Below are positions 40,881-50,037 of a stretch of 64,000 nt of DNA, one piece after another; the first letter of the stretch is position 1; the number at the start of each line of letters is the position of its first letter. The notes below the pieces were generated by a model. That model saw only the letters and a program-made list of their open reading frames with translations. It was not told the origin of the DNA and ran no database searches. Source of the DNA: Spirochaetia bacterium (lineage in GTDB: Bacteria > Spirochaetota > Spirochaetia > Treponematales > Breznakiellaceae); assembly GCA_026002045.1 (NCBI GenBank), contig BOAV01000003.1, forward strand, positions 5,064-69,063, read 5' to 3'. The translations under genes and the position numbers were made by a program.

Positions 40881-40956
40881 ACCACAACGGACACGAGGGG
40901 ACACAAAAGGAAAAAAACGATAAAATCCTTTGTGTTCCTTCGTGTCCGTTGTGGTA
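40881..40956. repeat. near-perfect ~30-bp-stem hairpin (copy 3 of the palindromic element family) between the SBP gene and the ATPase gene
   Basis: ACCACAACGGACACGAGGGGACACAAAAGG, then loop aaaaaaacgataaaat, then CCTTTGTGTTCCTTCGTGTCCGTTGTGGT. Confidence 0.6.
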
Positions 40957-40980
40957 ATTATAAGTGGTATGGGGGCAGAA

Positions 40981-42543
40981 ATGAGCGATGAATACATTCT
41001 TGAAATTGAAGACCTGATCAAGGATTTTCCCGGCGTGCGCGCCCTGGACCGGGTTAACCTCAAGGTTAAGCGGGGGGAAATCCATTCCCTCTGCGGGGAA
41101 AACGGCGCGGGAAAGTCCACCCTCATGAACGTCATCAGCGGGGTTTATCCCAGGGGCAGCTACGAAGGCCGGGTTATCTACCGGGGCCATGAGACTAATT
41201 ACCACAGCGTCAAGGACAGTGAAAAGGAAGGGCTTGCCATCATCCATCAGGAACTGGCCCTGAGCCCCTATCTCTCGATTTATGAAAATATTTTTCTTGG
41301 ACACATGAAGACCATGCCTTCCGGAGAGAAGGCTCCCGCAGGGGCCTACCGGTTCGGCATTATTAATTGGGATTATTATATAAAGGAATCGCAAAAATAT
41401 CTGGATCGGGTAGGTTTGAAAGAAAGCCCCGCCACCATTGTCAGCAAGCTGGGGGTGGGAAAACAGCAGCTCGTGGAAATTGCCCGGGCCCTTTCCAAAG
41501 AGGTGGATCTCCTCATACTTGATGAACCTACATCCTCGCTCAACGATGAGGAGAGCAGCCATCTGCTGGACCTCATCCTTGAATTCAAGCGTCAGGGCAT
41601 TACCTCCATCATGATCTCCCATAAGTTGAACGAGGTCCTTAAAACAGCGGACAGCGTTACGGTCCTCCGGGACGGCAGATCCATTTCCACCTTCGATGTT
41701 AAAAAAGACAAGCTCACCGAGGCCATGCTGATCAAAGACATGGTGGGCCGGGATCTGACCCACCGCTTCCCGGAACGGAAAAGTTTCCCCGGGGACACCA
41801 TCATGGAAGTAAAGAACTGGACCGTTTACCACCCGGATTACCATACGATTAAGGTGGTGGACAACGCTTCTTTCTACCTGCGGAAGGGGGAGATTCTGGC
41901 CTTCTGCGGCCCCATGGGGGCGGGCCGGACCGAGCTGATGATGAGTGTCTACGGCCGATCCTACGGCTCCCGGAGCGAGGGGGAACTGTACATTCATGGT
42001 ACGCAACTGCGGCTGAATTCCGCCGCGGCCGCCATCAGGGCGGGGCTGAACTATGTTTCGGAGGATCGGAAGGGCCTGGGGCTCATCCTCATCCAGGATA
42101 TCAAGACCAATATTTCTACCTCCTCATTGGGGAAACTTTCCCATGCGGGGGTGATGGACGCCCAAAAAGAAATTGAAGCGGCGGAAAAGTACCGCGGGGA
42201 ATTACAGATCAAAACCCCTTCGATAAACCAGCTTACCCGGAACCTTTCCGGGGGGAATCAGCAGAAGGTGGTGGTCGGCCGTTCCCTGCTGGCGGACCCG
42301 GATATTTTTATCGTGGACGAGCCCACCAGGGGAATCGACGTGGGGGCCAAAACTGAAATCTACAGCATCCTCAACGATCTGGTTGCCCTGGGCAAGAGCG
42401 TTATCATGGTGACCTCCGAACTCCCCGAGGCACTGGGGCTGGCGGATCGGATCTATGTTATGAACGAGGGAAAAATCAAGGGTATGCTTATGCATGAGGA
42501 AGCTACCCAGGAAAAGATCATGCAAATCGCCCTGGTAGGATAA
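40981..42543 (+). CDS. sugar ABC transporter ATP-binding protein with two ABC domains (XylG/MglA/RbsA-like)
   Basis: Two Walker A motifs (GENGAGKST; GPMGAGRTE) and two signature motifs. Start chosen at MSDEYIL preceded by GGGGG. Confidence 0.85.
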   Translation: MSDEYILEIEDLIKDFPGVRALDRVNLKVKRGEIHSLCGENGAGKSTLMNVISGVYPRGSYEGRVIYRGHETNYHSVKDSEKEGLAIIHQELALSPYLSIYENIFLGHMKTMPSGEKAPAGAYRFGIINWDYYIKESQKYLDRVGLKESPATIVSKLGVGKQQLVEIARALSKEVDLLILDEPTSSLNDEESSHLLDLILEFKRQGITSIMISHKLNEVLKTADSVTVLRDGRSISTFDVKKDKLTEAMLIKDMVGRDLTHRFPERKSFPGDTIMEVKNWTVYHPDYHTIKVVDNASFYLRKGEILAFCGPMGAGRTELMMSVYGRSYGSRSEGELYIHGTQLRLNSAAAAIRAGLNYVSEDRKGLGLILIQDIKTNISTSSLGKLSHAGVMDAQKEIEAAEKYRGELQIKTPSINQLTRNLSGGNQQKVVVGRSLLADPDIFIVDEPTRGIDVGAKTEIYSILNDLVALGKSVIMVTSELPEALGLADRIYVMNEGKIKGMLMHEEATQEKIMQIALVG

Positions 42544-42569
42544 ACTTTTAGACAATTAAGGAGACAGAA

Positions 42570-43760
42570 ATGAGCGACAGCGTGGATAAAAAGAATACCG
42601 TCCTTACCCTGATTAAAAACAATATCCGGAGCTATACCATGTTCCTGGTACTGGTGGCGATCATGGTGGTTTTTGCCTTCCGGACCGGGGGCACCAACCT
42701 CAATTCCCGGAATTTTACCAATATCTTTATCCAATATTCCTACGTGCTCATCCTGGCAGTTGGCATGGTACAGGTGATGATCATCGGCTGCGTCGACCTT
42801 TCGGTGGGTTCGGTCTGCGCCTTCGTGGGAGCCATCAGCGCCATGGTTTACAATACCGGCGTGGGGATGGTTCCTACCCTGCTGGTTGCCCTTGTCATCG
42901 GCCTCCTCATCGGCGCCTTCCAGGGCTTCTGGGTCGCCTATCTGAAAATCCCCGCCTTCATTGTTACCCTGGCGGGTATGCTTCTCTTCCGGGGCCTTAC
43001 CTACATCATCACCAAGATAAATCCCATCGGCCTTAAGGACGACGGCTACAAACAGATGGCTTCGGGGATGCTGGATTTTCCGGCCCTGGAGTTCGGGGGT
43101 GTCCACTACACCGCCCTGATCATAGGGGCGGCCCTCTTCATCATCTATGCGGCATCGGAGTGTATTTCCCGGCAAAAACGAATACGGAATAAATTTGAAA
43201 TTGTCCCCCTTCCCCTTTTTATCGGGAAGCTGGTGGTATTGGGGGCCCTTATCATCGGCCTCTCCCAGCGTTTCGCCACCTACCGGGGTCTCCCCAACGT
43301 GGTCATTGTTTTGGGGATTACGGTTTTAGTCTTCAATTTCATCATGAAAAGAACCGTTCTGGGCCGCTACATCTATGCCGTGGGGGGCAACGCCCGGTCG
43401 GCTAAACTTTCGGGGATCAATTCCGAACTGGTGTCCTTCCTGGTTTTCTGCATCATGGGGCTGCTCTCCGGTCTTGCGGCGGTGGTCTCCACAGGCTATA
43501 TGAACAGCGCCCTTCCCCAGGCGGGGAACCTCTTCGAGATGGACGCCATCGCCGCCTGTTACATCGGCGGGGTTTCCGCCTCAGGCGGCATCGGTACCGT
43601 TTTCGGGGTCATTATCGGCGGTCTCGTGATGTCCGCCATCAACAACGGTATGTCCCTGATGAACCTGGGCCAGCATTACCAGTACGTGGTCAAGGCCGCG
43701 GTGGTGCTCCTGGCGGTGTTCTACGATGTGTATACCCGGCGCAAGTCAGGGTTGAGTTAA
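42570..43760 (+). CDS. sugar ABC transporter permease (XylH/RbsC-like)
   Basis: 396 aa, about 10-12 TM helices, branched-chain/monosaccharide-type permease pattern. Confidence 0.85.
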   Translation: MSDSVDKKNTVLTLIKNNIRSYTMFLVLVAIMVVFAFRTGGTNLNSRNFTNIFIQYSYVLILAVGMVQVMIIGCVDLSVGSVCAFVGAISAMVYNTGVGMVPTLLVALVIGLLIGAFQGFWVAYLKIPAFIVTLAGMLLFRGLTYIITKINPIGLKDDGYKQMASGMLDFPALEFGGVHYTALIIGAALFIIYAASECISRQKRIRNKFEIVPLPLFIGKLVVLGALIIGLSQRFATYRGLPNVVIVLGITVLVFNFIMKRTVLGRYIYAVGGNARSAKLSGINSELVSFLVFCIMGLLSGLAAVVSTGYMNSALPQAGNLFEMDAIAACYIGGVSASGGIGTVFGVIIGGLVMSAINNGMSLMNLGQHYQYVVKAAVVLLAVFYDVYTRRKSGLS

Positions 43761-43800
43761 GTGAGGCAGTTCCAAAACTAACCATCGATCCACCGACGAA

Positions 43801-43828
43801 CCGCAGGGCCTGCCCTGCGGTTTTTTTT
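43801..43828 (+). terminator. rho-independent terminator after the sugar ABC operon
   Basis: CCGCAGGGC-CTG-CCCTGCGG followed by TTTTTTTT. Confidence 0.65.
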
Positions 43829-43848
43829 CGATTTTTTTCATTTTTCTC

Positions 43849-43877
43849 TTGACATATTGTACTAGTGCATTTATGAT
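43849..43877 (+). promoter_or_regulatory. near-consensus promoter (TTGACA, 17 nt, TATGAT) overlapping TGTACTAG operator-like repeats, ending 9 nt before the GntR start codon
   Basis: TTGACA at 43849-43854 and TATGAT at 43872-43877. TTGTACTAG occurs twice as a direct repeat, with TAGTACAA as an inverted copy extending into the first codons. Confidence 0.45.
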
Positions 43878-43885
43878 TGTACTAG

Positions 43886-44272
43886 ATGAATAGTACAAAT
43901 GCCGAATCGATGAATTTCTCATTGGACCCGGCCAACGGCGTGCCCATTTACCGGCAGATCATTCAGCAGATCGAGTACGGCATTTTGTCGGAGCGGCTCA
44001 GGACCGGGGACAAACTGCCCACCATCCGCTCCCTGGCGGTTGACTTAAAGATCAACCCCAACACCATAGCCAGGGCCTACGGCGAACTGGAGATTCGGGG
44101 TATCCTGGCAACCCAGGTGGGAAGCGGCACCTATATTTCTGACAAGCGCCCCCCTGCGGAGGATGACGGCAGAATCCGCAAGATACAGGAACTGCTTGCC
44201 CGCTTTATGCAGGAGATGCGGGGGCTGGGGGCGGATAAAAAAGAGATCATCGAATTGATAGAAGAACTGTAA
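43886..44272 (+). CDS. GntR-family transcriptional regulator, short YtrA-like subfamily
   Basis: 128 aa with a GntR winged HTH (PIYRQIIQQIEYGI...KLPTIRSLAVDLKINPNTIARAY). The short C-terminus is typical of YtrA-type regulators next to ABC transporters. Confidence 0.8.
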   Translation: MNSTNAESMNFSLDPANGVPIYRQIIQQIEYGILSERLRTGDKLPTIRSLAVDLKINPNTIARAYGELEIRGILATQVGSGTYISDKRPPAEDDGRIRKIQELLARFMQEMRGLGADKKEIIELIEEL

Positions 44273-44298
44273 ATCAATGAGGGATGAAGGAGGGTGAG

Positions 44299-45267
44299 AT
44301 GAAAACAGTAAAACGGCGAAAGAATCAGGAAACCCTGGTTAAAAACAACCAGGGCCGGGAAAGGCGGCGGGATTTTATGATGGGCCGCGCGGGGATTTGC
44401 CTTTTAACAATCATTGCGGTTTTTCTGTGGATGCTGTATGCGTCCTCCCGCCGTGTTCCCGGTTTTGCCGAATGGGGGATCTTTCTGGCGGTGTCCCTTG
44501 CGGTAATCATCATCACCTTTTCCATTCAGAAACTTGAGGAATGGGAGCGGGCCATCGTGCTCCGCTTTGGGCGCTTCAAGAAAGTGCGGGGACCGGGACT
44601 TTTCTTTCTCATTCCCATTGCGGACCGGATCGCAAAGATCGTTGACATCCGCATTCGGGTGACGGACTTTTCCGCGCAGGAAACCCTTACCCGGGACTCG
44701 GTTACCGTTACGGTGGACGCCATCTGTTTCTGGCTGGTCTGGGACCCGGAAAAGGCGATCCTCGAAGTTGAGAATTATCAAGATGCGGTGATCCTCGCCT
44801 CCAAGACCGCGCTGCGGAACGCCGTGAGCAGCCACGATCTTTCTACGTTTCTGGAACGGGGGGACCTCATCGAAAAGCAGATACAGGAAGATGTTGACAG
44901 GAAAACTACCGAATGGGGGATCACGGTCCAGTACATCGAAATTACCGACATCCAGATTCCGGAAGAATTGCAGGATTCCCTTTCCCGGCTTGCCCAGGCG
45001 GAGCGGGAAAAGAAGAGCCGCATCCTCCTTGCGGAAGCGGAGATCGAGATCGCCAAGAAACTTGAGGAAGCGGTACAGGTCTACGCCAAAAACGAACCGG
45101 CGATGAAACTGAAAATTCTTTCCATCCTGAACGAGGGCCTTAAAGCGGGGAACTCCATGATGCTGGTTCCCAATTCCATCACCGAGGAACTGAAAGGAAA
45201 AGACATTTTTGGTTTACAAGCCCTGAACAAGATTAAAACCCATGAGGAAAAAGGAGACGCAAAATGA
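44299..45267 (+). CDS. SPFH/band-7 (stomatin-like) domain membrane protein
   Basis: N-terminal TM segments then an SPFH core (AIVLRFGRFKKVRGPGLFFLIP...) and a C-terminal coiled coil. Start chosen at the MKTVKR Met after GGAGGG. Confidence 0.75.
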   Translation: MKTVKRRKNQETLVKNNQGRERRRDFMMGRAGICLLTIIAVFLWMLYASSRRVPGFAEWGIFLAVSLAVIIITFSIQKLEEWERAIVLRFGRFKKVRGPGLFFLIPIADRIAKIVDIRIRVTDFSAQETLTRDSVTVTVDAICFWLVWDPEKAILEVENYQDAVILASKTALRNAVSSHDLSTFLERGDLIEKQIQEDVDRKTTEWGITVQYIEITDIQIPEELQDSLSRLAQAEREKKSRILLAEAEIEIAKKLEEAVQVYAKNEPAMKLKILSILNEGLKAGNSMMLVPNSITEELKGKDIFGLQALNKIKTHEEKGDAK

Positions 45268-45953
45268 CAGTAGTAAAAGCGGAAAACGTGGTTAAGGATT
45301 ACGGCCTTAACGGAAATACGGTACACGCCCTGCGCGGGGTGAACCTCGAATTTCAGGGCGGGGAATTTGCCGCCATCGCAGGCCCATCGGGAAGCGGCAA
45401 GTCAACCTTTCTCCATCTGGCGGGGTGCCTCGACACGATCACCTCCGGGAACATAAGTATCGGCGGTTCCGACACGGCGCGGCTCTCCAAAACCCAGCTT
45501 GCGCTGCTGCGGCGGAACAGCATCGGCTTTATCTTTCAGGCATACAACCTGATCCCGGTGCTTACCGTGGAAGAGAACATCGGCTTTCCCCTTACGCTGC
45601 TGGGCATTGACCGCGGTGAAATCAGGGAGCGGGTGGCCCAGGCATTGGAGGACGTGGGTCTTGAAGATATGGCCAAACGCCGCCCCAAGGAAATGTCAGG
45701 GGGCCAGCAGCAGCGGGTGGCTATAGCCCGCGCCCTGATAAAAAAGCCCGCACTGATCCTCGCCGATGAGCCCACCGCAAACCTCGATTCAAAAATCGGC
45801 CGGGAAATTCTTGAACTGATGGTTGCCCTGAACAAAAAAGAAGGGACCACCTTCATCTTCTCTACCCATGATTCCATGGTCATGGAATTTGCCCGCCGCA
45901 TCGTGCATATCCGTGACGGCATGATCGAAAACGATGAGGTCAAATCAGCATGA
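45264..45953 (+). CDS. ABC transporter ATP-binding protein (LolD/MacB-type)
   Basis: GPSGSGKST, MSGGQQQRVAIARAL, LILADEPT. ATGA overlap with the SPFH stop. Confidence 0.88.
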   Translation: MTVVKAENVVKDYGLNGNTVHALRGVNLEFQGGEFAAIAGPSGSGKSTFLHLAGCLDTITSGNISIGGSDTARLSKTQLALLRRNSIGFIFQAYNLIPVLTVEENIGFPLTLLGIDRGEIRERVAQALEDVGLEDMAKRRPKEMSGGQQQRVAIARALIKKPALILADEPTANLDSKIGREILELMVALNKKEGTTFIFSTHDSMVMEFARRIVHIRDGMIENDEVKSA

Positions 45954-45989
45954 AACCGCGTTTCATATTCGATCAATTAAGGAGTTATC

Positions 45990-47726
45990 ATGAAACACTC
46001 AAGCGTTCTTGAACTTAAGCGTATTGCCTTCCGCAGCCTGGCCCGGCACAAGGTAAAAACTTTGCTTACCTGTGCGGGAATCATGATGAGCGCGGCGGTC
46101 TTTATTATGATACGGAGCTGGCTGGGGGGGATGTTTCTGGAATCCCGGCGGAGCATCATCAACTACGAGATGGGTTCCGCAAAACTGCAAACCAAACTCT
46201 ACTTTGACAAAAAAGATGAGATGCCCGCCTATGAGAATTTCCCGGACTGGGAAATGTACGCCGATGCCCTGGACGCGGCGGGCTACAACACGGCCCCGCG
46301 GTATGACTTTTCCGGGACCCTCTTCTCATGGTCAGGCTCCTCGCCGGTGGTGATACACGGCGTGGTTCCCGAACGGGAAGCACGGATGCTGGCCTACCCG
46401 GAATACATAGAATTCGGGCGCTTTATCAAAGACGGCGAATTCGGCGTGGTCCTGGGGGTTAACACCGCGGACAAACTCAAGCTGGGGGTTCCCACCCGGC
46501 CCACAACAACAGAGCTTGAGGATCTGGTTACTACCATCGCATCAAATAAGGCCGAGGCGGAATTTGTCCGGTCCTGTTACCAGAGTCTCCAGGCGGTTTC
46601 TGAATTGGGGGAAAGCAGGGAAATGGCCGAAGAGCGGGTGAAGGGCAGGATGGCGCTGAAGCGGGATCTTGCCCCGGCGGATTTGGAAAAACTCTGGGGC
46701 CTCTGCGGAGACGCGGGTAGAAATGACGTGCGTATCTCCACGGTGATCGATTACAAAATGGCGCCGGAGAATATCCACAGGGACAAGTGGGATGCTGACC
46801 TCTGGCCCCTCTTGACCCAGGCGGAGAAGTCCCTTGTAGGGGCAGCCTACGAATACGATGACCTGCTGGAAGCCTATATGCTGGTGGAAAGTGATCCCGC
46901 AAAACTCAACGCGGCATTGGCCGCCATGATACGCATCGACTATTCCGGCGCGGTGCGGCATGTAAACCAGGTGATCGACGCCAAGGTGGTTGGCACGATC
47001 AACTCACCGGACGTGGCCATCAACTTCAACGTGGGTTATATGCCCCTGGACGTGCTGCAGGGAGATGATGGCATGGCCCTGGAAGGCCGGGTTACGGAAC
47101 TCTTAATCCGGGACAAAAAAATGGGCGTGGCGGACATGACCAGTAAAATCGAGACAAAGGATGCAATCAAGGCCGTCCTTGCCGCAGGGCTGGCGAAACA
47201 GGGACTCTCTTTAAGCGATGAACTGGAGGTCTTTACCTGGGAGGAGTACAACGCGGATTACCTGGGTTACGAGAGTTTGGAGTATGGGGCTACGGGCATT
47301 GTTTCCGGCCTTCTCTTCTTTCTCGCCCTCATCGGCATAAGCAACACCATGCTGTTGGCGATATTGGAGCGGACAAAAGAAATCGGCATGATGCGCGCCA
47401 TGGGCATGACCAACGGCCAGCTCGTGTTTGTCTACATGACCGAGGCTTTCTTTCTGGGGCTTCTGGGCTCAATACTGGGAGTGATATTGGGCTGCGCCAT
47501 CAATTACCCCATGGTGAAGTACGGTGTGAGCTTCGGCTCCATGGTGGAAGCCTTGGACGGTCAGGTGGCGGGTCTGCGCTCAGCCAGCATCTACCGGAGT
47601 ATGTGGGATATTCCCCTCATCATTGGAACCGGTATTATTGCCACGGTTCTCTCCTCCCTTATGGCCTTCCTTCCAACCCGGCGGGCGGTCAGGATGGAGA
47701 TCACCGAAAGCCTGCGGTTTGAATAA
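45990..47726 (+). CDS. ABC transporter permease, FtsX-like (MacB/LolC-type) with a large periplasmic domain
   Basis: N-terminal TM, long extracytoplasmic region, and a C-terminal FtsX TM bundle (LLAILERTKEIGMMRAMGMT...). Confidence 0.8.
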   Translation: MKHSSVLELKRIAFRSLARHKVKTLLTCAGIMMSAAVFIMIRSWLGGMFLESRRSIINYEMGSAKLQTKLYFDKKDEMPAYENFPDWEMYADALDAAGYNTAPRYDFSGTLFSWSGSSPVVIHGVVPEREARMLAYPEYIEFGRFIKDGEFGVVLGVNTADKLKLGVPTRPTTTELEDLVTTIASNKAEAEFVRSCYQSLQAVSELGESREMAEERVKGRMALKRDLAPADLEKLWGLCGDAGRNDVRISTVIDYKMAPENIHRDKWDADLWPLLTQAEKSLVGAAYEYDDLLEAYMLVESDPAKLNAALAAMIRIDYSGAVRHVNQVIDAKVVGTINSPDVAINFNVGYMPLDVLQGDDGMALEGRVTELLIRDKKMGVADMTSKIETKDAIKAVLAAGLAKQGLSLSDELEVFTWEEYNADYLGYESLEYGATGIVSGLLFFLALIGISNTMLLAILERTKEIGMMRAMGMTNGQLVFVYMTEAFFLGLLGSILGVILGCAINYPMVKYGVSFGSMVEALDGQVAGLRSASIYRSMWDIPLIIGTGIIATVLSSLMAFLPTRRAVRMEITESLRFE

Positions 47727-47737
47727 AGGAGCGAAAG

Positions 47738-49012
47738 ATGGGAAATAACTACAGACAGGGCGGGATGCTGACCTTTATCAAAGTTGCGTTCCGAAACATT
47801 TTCAGGAATGGCCGGCGCACGGCTTTTTGCGTGGTGGCCGTGGGGGTGGCGGTGTTTTTCATCGCCTTCTATTCGGGTTTCATCGACGGAATGCTCAACA
47901 GCATGAACGAGACGGTGCAGATATTCGAGATAGGCCATGTGCAGGGGGTAAGCGCCCAGTACGAGGCGGAAAGCGAACTTATGCCGGTACAGTACCCCGT
48001 AGCCGAAGGCAAGAGCCTTGCCGCTCTTACGGAACAGATTAGGGGGATCTCCGGCGTAAAGGCGGTGCTCCCCCGGATCAAAGCCTATGCCACATTGCAG
48101 GAAGCGAGCCTTAAACACGCCATCCTCTGGGGGGTGCGGATGACAGAGGAAACGAAGGTCAACTACTTCAACCTTACCGACCGGGGAGACGGACTTCTGG
48201 AGGGCCGCTATCCCGCGCCGCTCAGCAATGAGTGCGCCGTGGGCCTGCGTTTTGCGGAGAAGACCGGCCTTAAAATCGGGGATCGCATCCCCCTTAAAAC
48301 CGTGTCGGCCCAGTTCTCCGACAAGCTCTGGTCGCCCACGGTTACCGGCATCTTCCGCTTTGACTTTACCGCGGCGGATCAGGATTACATCATCGTTGAT
48401 TTTGACCGGCTCCAGCGCCTCCTCGTGCTGGACGATGAGAGCCAGCAGATCATCGTCTATGCGGAAGACCCGGAAATGAGCACCCGCATAGCCGAGCAGA
48501 TGAAGGGCATCATGGGAAGCGATGACCGGATCACCCGCTGGCAGGATCAGCTTTGGATAGCCATGATGGTCGGTTATAAGCCCCTGTTCACTGTTATCTT
48601 CCTGATATTCCTCGTGGTGGCCTGTCTCCTCATCGTCAACACCATCACCATGATCATCCACGAACGGATAAAGGAAATCGGCATGATGGGGAGCCTGGGC
48701 ATGACCCGCCGGGAGATCGTGATGACCTTCTTCTTCGAGTCCCTGTTCCTGGCCATGTTCGGGGCTACCGTGGGGGTATTATTGGGGGGCATTATTACCG
48801 GTATCTTACAAAACACGCCGATACGATGGACCGCCATGATGGGGGAAAGCGCCGTGGCCACCATGCCCCTGGCCAACACGATCTTTGTGGATTTCAGCTT
48901 TCCCCGCCTTTGCCAGAACTGGCTCATGGGCGTGGTGGTAACATCGATTTTCACCCTGTTCCCGTCGATAAAAAGCGCCTGGGTGGAACCGGTGGAAGCG
49001 CTGCGGAGGTAG
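47738..49012 (+). CDS. ABC transporter permease, FtsX-like (second subunit)
   Basis: Same architecture as the first permease (IHERIKEIGMMGSLGMTRREI). Confidence 0.8.
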   Translation: MGNNYRQGGMLTFIKVAFRNIFRNGRRTAFCVVAVGVAVFFIAFYSGFIDGMLNSMNETVQIFEIGHVQGVSAQYEAESELMPVQYPVAEGKSLAALTEQIRGISGVKAVLPRIKAYATLQEASLKHAILWGVRMTEETKVNYFNLTDRGDGLLEGRYPAPLSNECAVGLRFAEKTGLKIGDRIPLKTVSAQFSDKLWSPTVTGIFRFDFTAADQDYIIVDFDRLQRLLVLDDESQQIIVYAEDPEMSTRIAEQMKGIMGSDDRITRWQDQLWIAMMVGYKPLFTVIFLIFLVVACLLIVNTITMIIHERIKEIGMMGSLGMTRREIVMTFFFESLFLAMFGATVGVLLGGIITGILQNTPIRWTAMMGESAVATMPLANTIFVDFSFPRLCQNWLMGVVVTSIFTLFPSIKSAWVEPVEALRR

Positions 49013-49028
49013 GATGAATGAAGAATAT

Positions 49029-49178
49029 TTAACCACAGAGTGCACAGAGAATGTACACAGAGGACACAGAGGGAAGAGGAAGAAGGGAGAAATCATGGTT
49101 TTTCTTCTCATTATTTTCTTCCTCTGTGTACTCCGTGTACCCTCTGTGTCCTGGAACCTTCGGTTCCTTCGTGGTTAA
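49029..49178. repeat. about 150-bp imperfect palindromic element with TTAACCAC termini and CACAGAG/CTCTGTG units (copy 2, the largest)
   Basis: TTAACCACAGAG-TGCACAGAG-...ACACAGAGGACACAGAGGG...CTCTGTGTACTCCGTGTACCCTCTGTGTCC...TTCGTGGTTAA. Contains an internal hairpin GGAACC-TTC-GGTTCC. Confidence 0.55.
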
Positions 49179-49211
49179 TCTTCTTCTTAACTTTATGAAA
49201 GGAGCATAAGT

Positions 49212-49961
49212 ATGAAAACGAAAGTATCAGTATGCGTAGTAGTTCTCCTGGTATCGGCAGCGGTATTTCCGCTTTTTGGACAAACCCCAAATGCCGCAGA
49301 ATTACTGCGGCGGGTGGATAATAACGAGGTCTACAACACTATCGAGTACGAAGGCGAGATGATCATCGAATACCAGAACCGGCGCTACGTGAAGGTGATG
49401 AAGACCTGGGCAAAGGGCACTGCGGACAGCTTTATCGAATTCACCAATGCCGAAGACAGGGGGACCAAGTACCTCAAGAAAGGGGCGCGGCTGTACGTGT
49501 ATTCCCCCGACACCGAGGAGGTGATGCTCATTTCCGGCCATATGCTTAAAGAGAGCATGATGGGTTCCGATCTCTCCTACGAGGACACGATCAACAACGA
49601 CAGCCTTTCCAGCCGTTACGATCCGGTCATTTCCGGTTCTGAGCTGTGGAACGGGCGGGACTGCTGGGTGCTGGATCTAAGCGCGAAGAAAAGAACCGAG
49701 AGTTACCCCCGGCAAAAACTCTGGATCGACAAGGAAAACGGGGACATGCTCCACAACGAGCAGTTCGCCCTGTCCGGGGCAAAGCTCAAGGAATTCACCA
49801 TGCTCAGGGTGGAAGTAATCGGCGGCAGGCGCTTCCCCGTGGAATACGAAATGCGCGACCTTTTACGGAAAAACAGCAAGACAACTTTCGTGATGAAGAA
49901 CGTTGTCCTGGACCAGCCCATCGCGGACTCGGTATTCAGTCAGAGGAATCTGGAACGGTAG
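49212..49961 (+). CDS. LolA-like outer-membrane lipoprotein-sorting family protein
   Basis: Signal peptide, then NTIEYEGEMIIEYQNRRYVKVMKTWAKGTADSFIEFTNAEDRGTKYLK...YVYSPDTEEVMLISGHMLKESMMGSDLSYED. AAGGAG RBS. This family is commonly encoded next to FtsX/ABC genes. Confidence 0.6.
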   Translation: MKTKVSVCVVVLLVSAAVFPLFGQTPNAAELLRRVDNNEVYNTIEYEGEMIIEYQNRRYVKVMKTWAKGTADSFIEFTNAEDRGTKYLKKGARLYVYSPDTEEVMLISGHMLKESMMGSDLSYEDTINNDSLSSRYDPVISGSELWNGRDCWVLDLSAKKRTESYPRQKLWIDKENGDMLHNEQFALSGAKLKEFTMLRVEVIGGRRFPVEYEMRDLLRKNSKTTFVMKNVVLDQPIADSVFSQRNLER

Positions 49962-50037
49962 TGGACTTGTTCGAGAACCCGGTTGGTTCTCTCACAAGTC
50001 TCGCAAAATGCTACGCATTTTGCATTTTTCAGTGGAA

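Noticed and set aside
40879-42006. 375-aa minus-strand ORF opposite the sugar ABC ATPase gene
   Set aside because: Antisense to a gene with double Walker and signature motifs.
47591-48661. 356-aa minus-strand ORF opposite the second FtsX permease
   Set aside because: Antisense shadow ORF.
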